This document shows positions 1 to 7,308 of a stretch of 64,000 nt of DNA, one piece after another. The stretch covers positions 65,187-129,186 of the forward strand of contig JBBQJW010000010.1 of NCBI GenBank assembly GCA_038326325.1. Reading direction: 5' to 3'. The DNA comes from Chitinophagales bacterium. GTDB taxonomy: Bacteria > Bacteroidota > Bacteroidia > Chitinophagales > UBA10324. Positions within the stretch are counted from its first letter, which is position 1, and the number at the start of each line of letters is the position of its first letter. The notes beneath the pieces are model-generated. The model saw nothing but the letters and a program-made list of their open reading frames with translations, did no database searches and had not been told where the DNA came from. Position numbers and translations under genes: made by a program.

Positions 1-2
1 TT

Positions 3-380
3 TCGTCAATGCCATCGTGGTTCGATTTAATTTTAATTCTTTCATTCGCTTGGACGGGTTTGCTATTTGGCTTTCTCAGTTTATGGGACATCGAACGGGT
101 ACTGAAAATTAATTTCAGTCGCAGAAGTGTTACAATCATTTCTATTATGCTATTGTTTATTGGAAGTTTTGGAATTTATGTTGGTCGTTATCTGAGGTGG
201 AACAGCTGGGATATTCTTTCCCAACCTTTAGCATTGATGTATGATATCAGCGACCGTGTGATAAATCCGTTACAGCATCCACGCACATGGGGTATGACAC
301 TTTTTATGGGTGTATTTCTAAATATGATTTACTGGACTTTCAGAATGGTGAGAAAAAGAAATGAGCAGATGAATTATTAA
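3..380 (+). CDS. DUF1361-like integral membrane protein, probably 5'-truncated by the window edge
   Basis: The frame is open from nt 3, with no stop before the first Met at nt 9. It has several hydrophobic helices. The segment GRYLRWNSWD...NP resembles the DUF1361 family from memory. Confidence 0.55.
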   Translation, partial: SSMPSWFDLILILSFAWTGLLFGFLSLWDIERVLKINFSRRSVTIISIMLLFIGSFGIYVGRYLRWNSWDILSQPLALMYDISDRVINPLQHPRTWGMTLFMGVFLNMIYWTFRMVRKRNEQMNY

Positions 381-811
381 AACTATAAATTCATCTTACT
401 GGATGTAACAGTCCTAACTTGTGACATTGAAGCCGAATAAAAAGTAAAGTCCTTATTGTTTTTTGTGTTTAAATATTCCTTTTGATTTTTTGAATCATCC
501 TGAGCACTTTTTGCAAATCCATAGATTTCATGCAAGTAATATCCTACTAAAAAGGGAAATAATTATTAGAATTGAAGACAGTATTTTTCTTTTTATTCCT
601 TATCTCAACAAACAAACTGAAATTTTATTGCGACAAAGTATCATTCAGCGACTGTTACACTTAGCTTTCCGAATAGGACGCTTGAGTAGGTATAGTTAGG
701 CTCAATGGAACAGAAGATTAATATATGTGAATCAGAATTGACTTCAGATATAAATCAATGCTTTATTAAATCTCATTTCAACTTTAGTAAGCGATATATA
801 AATTTTTAGAT

Positions 812-1669
812 TTATAACAATGGAAAAAGTGATTTTACTTCCTTCACAAAATCAGTGAATAATTGTGACTTTTCAATATCAGGTTGCCATGCAAGTCCAC
901 GCTCAATTAAACTTATCTCTTTTAAAATCTTAGCTCCGGGAATTACCTGTCCACGCTCATCGCGCTCGCGTCCCATCAGCCAAAGGTGATCGGAGATAAT
1001 GCTTGTTGATGTAACATCGTGTGATACAATTATCAGTGTATTCAATTCATCGAGCAATGATATGTCGCGCATAAGGTCGAGTACCTGCCGAATGTTGAGA
1101 ATATCTAAACCACTGAACGGCTCATCGAATAATAAAAAATGCTTCGAGCATAATAGCTGCTGTATGATTGCAATTCGTTGCCTCTGCCCCCCTGAAAGCT
1201 CCGAAGGGTAATAATCTTTCCTTGACATGAGCCCGAATCGGTCTAAATAAAAATCGATTTTATCGTGTTGTTCCTTTTTTGTGAATGAAGGAAATCCTTT
1301 TCTGGCTGCCACTAACAGGTTTCCCATTATAGTGCGGTGTCGGAATAGAGGATAGTTTTGCTGTAACACTCCAACAGAACCTCGCTCAACAGGAAGTTGT
1401 TCGGCTCCAATTAAAACCTCGCCTGTAAGATTATAAACAGGATTTTTTCCGGGCAATGGTTTAATAAGTCCAGAAATTACTTCGAAGAACTTTGTTTTAC
1501 CCATACCAGATGGCGCAAGTAGTCCGACTACCTGTCCCTGTCTTACCCCCGAACGATGAACATCTTTTATTTCACAGTTCACATTACGAAGTATAACCGA
1601 ATCACCATAACTGAGTGACATATTTGAAACCTTAAGTAGCGTATTGCCAAATGAATGTTCTTGCGTCAT
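812..1669 (-). CDS. ABC transporter ATP-binding protein (NitT/TauT nitrate/sulfonate/bicarbonate-like family)
   Basis: Walker A is APSGMGKT, the ABC signature is LSGGQRQRIAI, and Walker B is LLFDEPFSGLD. It is the last gene of a co-oriented five-gene cluster. Confidence 0.9.
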   Translation of the reverse strand: MTQEHSFGNTLLKVSNMSLSYGDSVILRNVNCEIKDVHRSGVRQGQVVGLLAPSGMGKTKFFEVISGLIKPLPGKNPVYNLTGEVLIGAEQLPVERGSVGVLQQNYPLFRHRTIMGNLLVAARKGFPSFTKKEQHDKIDFYLDRFGLMSRKDYYPSELSGGQRQRIAIIQQLLCSKHFLLFDEPFSGLDILNIRQVLDLMRDISLLDELNTLIIVSHDVTSTSIISDHLWLMGRERDERGQVIPGAKILKEISLIERGLAWQPDIEKSQLFTDFVKEVKSLFPLL

Positions 1670-1723
1670 TGAATAATTTTTAGAATAAAATCATGAGTGA
1701 AATAAAATTCATTTTAATTTTCA

Positions 1724-2518
1724 TCAATTACGGTTTTTTGAATATGGCATGAACCATACTTTTATTGCACCAAGTAACCAGTCCTGTAACACTCCGAGTA
1801 CTAATACCGATAACTGAATGGCGAATACCATGTCGAAATTCAGAAACTTATTTTGCCTCCATAATAAAACCCCCACTCCACCATCGGCCTGTGAAATAAC
1901 TTCCACCATTGTAAGCATCGCCCATGTAATGGCAAAGTTTTGCCGTACAATTTCAAAAGCCATATCAAATTTCCCAAGTATTACCACTTCCCACATTACC
2001 TGCCATTCATTCATTCGCAGTGTGCGGGCAAGATTAAATTCTTCAACCGGAATTGCCTGAATTGCTGAAACCATGCTTGTAATAAAAAAGACCGACATAC
2101 TGAAAACAAGCAGCAACACTTTTGTGCCATGAGCATCCGGCATCATTCTTTGAAACACAAATGTTAATCCAACCAAAGTAAGAAACCTGAACTTACTACT
2201 TACAACTGGAATGAATTTGAGTATCGGAATTTTAATAAGGTAAGTAATAATTAATCCGATGGCAGTAGCAATCAAAATAGATTCTAAACTTAGAGCAAGA
2301 CTTGTCATAAGCTCTCCTGCTAAATTGAACTGGCTAAACAAAACACCAAGCGCTTTAAATATTTCGTATGGTGTCGGGAAATAATAAAGATTAGTTGAAC
2401 TCCAAAGCAATAGAACAGCAAGTGCTTCTATTCCAAACAACCAACCCAAAGCAGTTTGACTCAGTATTGAGTTTGGTGTGATAAGTGGTTTTATCTTATT
2501 CCATCCTGGGCGATTCAT
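1724..2518 (-). CDS. ABC transporter permease (NitT/TauT-type, BPD_transp_1-like)
   Basis: About 6 predicted TM helices. It lies 54 nt upstream of the ATPase gene on the same strand, and its size (264 aa) is typical of SsuC/TauC-like permeases. Confidence 0.8.
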   Translation of the reverse strand: MNRPGWNKIKPLITPNSILSQTALGWLFGIEALAVLLLWSSTNLYYFPTPYEIFKALGVLFSQFNLAGELMTSLALSLESILIATAIGLIITYLIKIPILKFIPVVSSKFRFLTLVGLTFVFQRMMPDAHGTKVLLLVFSMSVFFITSMVSAIQAIPVEEFNLARTLRMNEWQVMWEVVILGKFDMAFEIVRQNFAITWAMLTMVEVISQADGGVGVLLWRQNKFLNFDMVFAIQLSVLVLGVLQDWLLGAIKVWFMPYSKNRN

Positions 2519-2654
2519 TTTAATTTTTGTTTTGAGTGATGAAAGAAAAAAAATTAAAATAGTTAAGTAAAGAAAATATACTTAGGTATTAGTATCGGTC
2601 AATTGAAAGAATAACTCGACTATTAAATCTTCAATTTTTAAACAAAAAGAAAAA

Positions 2655-4430
2655 TCAATTTCCACTTGGTCGGCTCATAGTAATATCTACACGACGGGTA
2701 CTCCGGTCTGCAAATCCCTGTACTTTTATAAAACGCTTTTCAGGAAATGAAGCTTGATCCTTTTTCTGTAACCAGTTTTTTACAGCCTCTGCTCTTTGTT
2801 GCGCAAGTAAATCATTTGCTGATTGCACACCTGTTGCATCCGTGTGACCTTCAATTGTCAGATACAAACTCATCCCATTTATGCATTGCGCATACAGATC
2901 ATTTAACTGTGCAATTGCATCAGGTAGAAACTGCGATGATCCCGTTTCGAAATTAATGGACCATGAACGGCTGCTGACTTTTTCAACTTTCGTTGAACTG
3001 TTATAATTCGTTTCAGACGGGGCAGTAATTTCGGTTCCGTTTGTTTTATCCTGTAAATCGCGAAGGAACCTTAAGTTAACTACCTGTGAATAATCAGGAT
3101 AGGTTGGCATTAAATCTTTATAGTAAAAAGTATCAATGCTTCCGAAAGTGTTGTAAATCACTTTGTAAATATTTGTACCACCATTCAATCCGAAGTAAGC
3201 AAAGTTATCAGCAAGATTATGAACCATTGAGCCCCCGCAAAAAATCTGCTCACCCGTTTGGCCATCAATAGCAGGTGCTCCGTTATAATATCTTTTCCAA
3301 TAAGCACCATGTGCTTCTTTATGGTCGTTATAAATAAGTGAACTGATTTCCCCGGCTTTAGCTAAAGCTTCAGAATATGATTTTACAAAATCACCGCCTT
3401 CTGTTACAGCAAGAATCAATTCCTCAATTTGAGCGGCATGGTCTTCATTAAATTTATGAATACTGATAATTGTATTTGGCATTTGCGATGGATAATCTTT
3501 TGTTGAGGCAAGTGTCACCAATCCGCCTTTTTGTTCTACGGCATTTACATCACCTGGTGTCCAAGTAACAATCCCATTTGCAACGACCTCAATGGTTTTG
3601 CCAGTCAGTTTTCCGCTCTTAACTATTTTGCGGGTTTCTTTTACATCGTTAATATAATTATTTGCTGCATCGAGATATGTTCCTACAGATTGAAAATTCA
3701 TTGCATCAGCATCGTAAGTAGTCGGATCAGGGTTTACAGGAATATTATTCGCTGATGCATATTGAACCGCAATGTTCCAGTCGCCATCGCGTACTACTCC
3801 AGCTATTACAGACCCTCGAAGTTTTTGCGGATCTTCTTTCATTGCCGGAGTGCCCATTAGTTTATCTTCACCAAAAGATCTTCCACATGTGAAAATTATT
3901 TCAGCACGATATTCCTTTCCTAATTTTTCAAGATTTTTATTCAGACTGAAAAGAAACTGAGGCGCTCCGTCACCCATGATGTTACAGAATTGAATTCCTT
4001 TCCATTCACCTTCAGGATTATCTCTGTAAGAAGTTGCGAAATCCAGTAAGCTGTTTGCCATTGGCCCATAATCATCTTGCCTTTCAATATTTAAATTTAA
4101 ACTATGCTTCTCCATCAAACTTCCTTTTGTGGTTTGCGGACCGCCGTTGGCGAGGTTAAGACCCATTTGTGAATTCCATTCCATTTCCCACATTGTCCAA
4201 ACCTTACCTGAAAGATTTGCTTTTTCATCAGAAGGTAATACGAGAGGTCCTACAGTTGATTCGGCGTTCTTAGGCGCGCTAGGCAAATCAATTTTAGTTG
4301 TTGTTTTAGATACAGACACTTTAGGTGCGAGAATTCCATTTTTCAGAAAAAACCAGTACCCACAGAATAAAGCTATTCCGATTATAAGAACAACTAATAC
4401 TTTCCCAATTGGTGTTAATCCTTTTTTCAT
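2655..4430 (-). CDS. Membrane-anchored periplasmic-binding-protein-like domain fused to a C-terminal OmpA-like peptidoglycan-binding domain
   Basis: There is an N-terminal TM anchor (KVLVVLIIGIALFCGYWFF) followed by a roughly 430-aa alpha/beta region. The C-terminal part, FETGSSQFLPDAIAQLNDL...LTIEGHTDATGVQSANDLLAQQRAEAVKNWL, matches the OmpA_C pattern (F..gs..l...GHTD..G....N..LS..RA..V). It sits directly upstream of the ABC permease and ATPase. Confidence 0.7.
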   Translation of the reverse strand: MKKGLTPIGKVLVVLIIGIALFCGYWFFLKNGILAPKVSVSKTTTKIDLPSAPKNAESTVGPLVLPSDEKANLSGKVWTMWEMEWNSQMGLNLANGGPQTTKGSLMEKHSLNLNIERQDDYGPMANSLLDFATSYRDNPEGEWKGIQFCNIMGDGAPQFLFSLNKNLEKLGKEYRAEIIFTCGRSFGEDKLMGTPAMKEDPQKLRGSVIAGVVRDGDWNIAVQYASANNIPVNPDPTTYDADAMNFQSVGTYLDAANNYINDVKETRKIVKSGKLTGKTIEVVANGIVTWTPGDVNAVEQKGGLVTLASTKDYPSQMPNTIISIHKFNEDHAAQIEELILAVTEGGDFVKSYSEALAKAGEISSLIYNDHKEAHGAYWKRYYNGAPAIDGQTGEQIFCGGSMVHNLADNFAYFGLNGGTNIYKVIYNTFGSIDTFYYKDLMPTYPDYSQVVNLRFLRDLQDKTNGTEITAPSETNYNSSTKVEKVSSRSWSINFETGSSQFLPDAIAQLNDLYAQCINGMSLYLTIEGHTDATGVQSANDLLAQQRAEAVKNWLQKKDQASFPEKRFIKVQGFADRSTRRVDITMSRPSGN

Positions 4431-4484
4431 TTTTTTGATTTTTTCTTTTTGCTTTTTAGCAATTTTAAAATTGATAAATGGTTT

Positions 4485-5471
4485 TTATTTTTTATCAAAA
4501 AGGTCATCGAAATTTTTTAAATCAGAAGATCCGCCCGATTGCGGTGCACTGGAATTGCCTCCTTGCGATAATTCCATTTTTTCGCCAACAGGTGCTAACA
4601 TTATTTCCATGCTCCGGTTACCCATTTGATCGAGCATCCTTAATCCTTCATCAGCGAATGCTCCATTTTCAATATCAATTTTATCAATCACACTTTGCGA
4701 TTCGCGCATGAAGCGTTCCATTTCAGCCGCCTTAAAACTGATGTTAGATTCTACTAATTCAACACTTTGATCGAAAGCTGCCTTCTTATCTGGATCCCCT
4801 TTAAAAATGCTCATTGCAGATCGTAAAGCATTGTAACCTCGTTTTACAGTTTCATACTCTACTTTTCTGATTCTCACTTCGTTTGTCATATCAGTGATTG
4901 CAATCTCTGCATTTTCATACATCTTGATTAAAACTTTTTTCACTGCTTCCATTTTCAACGAGAGTGGAGTGAGTTTTTCAATTAAATCCTTTTGCCTTCC
5001 AACTTCACGGGAGTAAAGTGTAACAGAACTTGTATTATTTTTTGACTTTGCAGAGGCTGCAAACTCCAGATTCTTTTCTTGCTCATCTTTTGCATCATTA
5101 ATAGCTCTTTTCAGTTTTATCAGTTCACCATCGAGTTTGGTTATTTGTTCATTCATTCCTTCGCGTTTATTTCGAAGGTCAGCAATGTAAATTTCCATAA
5201 TGGCAATTGGATCAATGCGAATTATTATTCCTGTCAGCGCGCGGCAACCCATTTTAAAAAGATACCACACACCGGTTCTAACCCCCGGATCAAGTATTGC
5301 ATAAATTATAGCAAGTAAAACTACTCCGAGTACAATTGCATAAATTGTATTTGCAAGAAGCGATATAATAAATGGCATGAGATAATAAAATCCTACTGCA
5401 GCACCTATTATTAAAAGAATTCCTGTTATACCTTCCGGCTTTTGCCAGAATGATTTTTTAGTTGGATTCAT
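4485..5471 (-). CDS. Membrane protein: about 3 N-terminal TM helices plus a long coiled-coil region, possibly PspA/IM30 (ESCRT-III)-like
   Basis: The N-terminal 95 aa are hydrophobic. Then IDPIAIMEIYIADLRNKREGMNEQITKLDGELIKLKRAINDAKDEQEKNLEFAASAK resembles the start of PspA helix 1 (DP...M..YI.DM). The remaining ~230 aa are heptad-rich. The CDS call is solid, but the family call is only inference. Confidence 0.6.
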   Translation of the reverse strand: MNPTKKSFWQKPEGITGILLIIGAAVGFYYLMPFIISLLANTIYAIVLGVVLLAIIYAILDPGVRTGVWYLFKMGCRALTGIIIRIDPIAIMEIYIADLRNKREGMNEQITKLDGELIKLKRAINDAKDEQEKNLEFAASAKSKNNTSSVTLYSREVGRQKDLIEKLTPLSLKMEAVKKVLIKMYENAEIAITDMTNEVRIRKVEYETVKRGYNALRSAMSIFKGDPDKKAAFDQSVELVESNISFKAAEMERFMRESQSVIDKIDIENGAFADEGLRMLDQMGNRSMEIMLAPVGEKMELSQGGNSSAPQSGGSSDLKNFDDLFDKK

Positions 5472-5488
5472 TTAAGATTGGGATTTTT

Positions 5489-6124
5489 TTAGTTAATGAA
5501 TTTGGTAATACTTTCAATGTGATTTTGAATCTGTGTAACAACAAAGTTGTATGTGTTTTTAAATGCTGTAGTTGTTAGTGCAATTGTGCTTCCTGCGTTT
5601 TGAACCTTTTCTTTCAATTCGCTTATTTCACTTTTATTTGACAATAATTCACGGGTAATTTCTTCATTGCGATTTTCAAGTAATGTAATTTTATCGCGCG
5701 ACTGCCCTACTTCCTTTTGCTCTTTCTGTTTTGCAGAAGCATTGAAGTCGTCATATTCTTTAGATAGAATTTCGAGATATTGTTTTGCTGTACTTAATAA
5801 TTTTTCTTTGGTAACCCCTTGAGCCTTTAACATGGCAAAAGCTGCTTTTAGTTTACTCGTTTCATCTGGTATATAGTCCATTTCTGCCACTGCTACCATC
5901 AGTTCGTAATAATCAGGCCCCTGAATATTAGCTTCCCTGAGTGTTTCATCAAAGTGTGAAAGCATTTTTTGATCTGGCTCTCCCGGTCTTTGATTTGAAT
6001 TAGAATAAACCTGATTAGGATTAACATTGTCAATTGGATTGTACGCTTTGGAAGTGAAAACTTTTGAAGGAGGTGGTTGAGTTTCCTTTGTTCCACTATT
6101 CCAGAATATGTCCTTAAAGCTCAT
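5489..6124 (-). CDS. Hypothetical soluble coiled-coil protein, first gene of the cluster
   Basis: 211-aa ORF located 17 nt upstream of the next gene. It has a low-complexity N-terminus (Q/P/N-rich) followed by predicted helices. I recognise no family. Confidence 0.55.
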   Translation of the reverse strand: MSFKDIFWNSGTKETQPPPSKVFTSKAYNPIDNVNPNQVYSNSNQRPGEPDQKMLSHFDETLREANIQGPDYYELMVAVAEMDYIPDETSKLKAAFAMLKAQGVTKEKLLSTAKQYLEILSKEYDDFNASAKQKEQKEVGQSRDKITLLENRNEEITRELLSNKSEISELKEKVQNAGSTIALTTTAFKNTYNFVVTQIQNHIESITKFIN

Positions 6125-6362
6125 GTTACTTTTTTATTCAATTTTGTTGAAATAAAATTTTGTTCTATTAACTAATTGCAAATCAATTTGATTGTATTTT
6201 TTTACTGAAAAATTCCTTTTCTAATACCTACCTCAATTTTTAGATTTGAGTCGTCGCAATTATAATAAAGGTTAAACAAATAAAGTAAAATATAATAGCA
6301 CAATCCAAAATCATTTTGCTATAAAAAATCAGGGAGCCACAAGTGAGGTCTCATATAAGCCC

Positions 6363-7076
6363 CTAAACACTTAATTGCTCAGACCATTTCAATTCATCAG
6401 GAAGTGTTTGGTTACTGAATTCAAGATGTAACACTCTTCGTTTTTGATTATTTGTTGTTCTTTTTGAAGAGTGAAGTAAAAGTGGCTTCATAATCATGAC
6501 TCCCCCCTTTTTTACACAGCAAATTGTTTCAGTTTCACTTTCCCAAATAATTGTTTCGGGACGGTAAATACCTTTGAGATGAGACCCGGGAATTACATTC
6601 AGTGCGCCGTTATTTTGATTCACATCATCCAAATGAATTCGCAAAGTGAAATTATCCTTTAAAATTTCAAGGGGTGGTTGAACTGCAAATTGATTTTGTT
6701 TTACCGTCCATGGCCCGAATCCCTCAATGGCAATCCGCTTGTCAACTGAAATTGTTAAATCCTGATGATAAGAAACAAACCAATTTGATTTTTCGGGTTT
6801 ATCAAAATAAATTGATTTAGTTAAAAAATAATCTTCTCCAAAAAGTTGTTTGATCAGATCAATAAATCTTTTTGTAAAAATTAATTTCCGAACCTCCGGT
6901 AATACTATCATGAACTGCCTGATAGCAAACAAATCAATTGATTTTCTGATTAGTGGATTCGATTTATCGATAGTATTTATTACAAAAAGAAACTGCTCAA
7001 TTTCACTTTCAGAAAAGATGTTTTCGATAACAGCAAATCCGTTTACAATAATTTCCTTTCTATAATTTTCTAACAT
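6363..7076 (-). CDS. Phytanoyl-CoA dioxygenase (PhyH) family Fe(II)/2-oxoglutarate oxygenase
   Basis: The motifs SYHQDLT (HxD iron ligands), NGALNVIPGSH and a distal LLLHSS..R are characteristic of the PhyH family. Confidence 0.75.
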   Translation of the reverse strand: MLENYRKEIIVNGFAVIENIFSESEIEQFLFVINTIDKSNPLIRKSIDLFAIRQFMIVLPEVRKLIFTKRFIDLIKQLFGEDYFLTKSIYFDKPEKSNWFVSYHQDLTISVDKRIAIEGFGPWTVKQNQFAVQPPLEILKDNFTLRIHLDDVNQNNGALNVIPGSHLKGIYRPETIIWESETETICCVKKGGVMIMKPLLLHSSKRTTNNQKRRVLHLEFSNQTLPDELKWSEQLSV

Positions 7077-7308
7077 TTCTAAACATTCCTTTTTGTTTAC
7101 TTTTAAATGAATTCTTCACAATAAATTTAAGTCTCTTGTTTTCCTTTTTCCTGTCTTATTCAAAATCATTGACTTATTTTTTATAGTAACTAATTTAAAT
7201 GAATTTGTTCAATAAATTTCAATTTCCCAAAAGAGTGAATACATTCCTAATGATTTGTTCTTTTCCTTATTTACAAACTATTGCTAATTAACTTTCGAAA
7301 ATTTTTTT

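Noticed and set aside
463-699. 78-aa plus-strand ORF in the 430-bp gap between the convergent DUF1361 and ABC ATPase genes.
   Set aside because: It has no recognisable motif, an odd composition (His/Ile/Leu/Arg-rich), a non-ATG start codon (TTG in the sequence), and no clear upstream signal. It cannot be supported from sequence alone. The gap might instead hold terminators or a decayed gene.
5899-6096. 65-aa minus-strand ORF overlapping the 211-aa gene in another frame. The alternative-frame ORFs 34517-34732 and 61335-61526 are similar cases.
   Set aside because: Each is nested in a longer, better-supported ORF on the same strand and shows no independent evidence.
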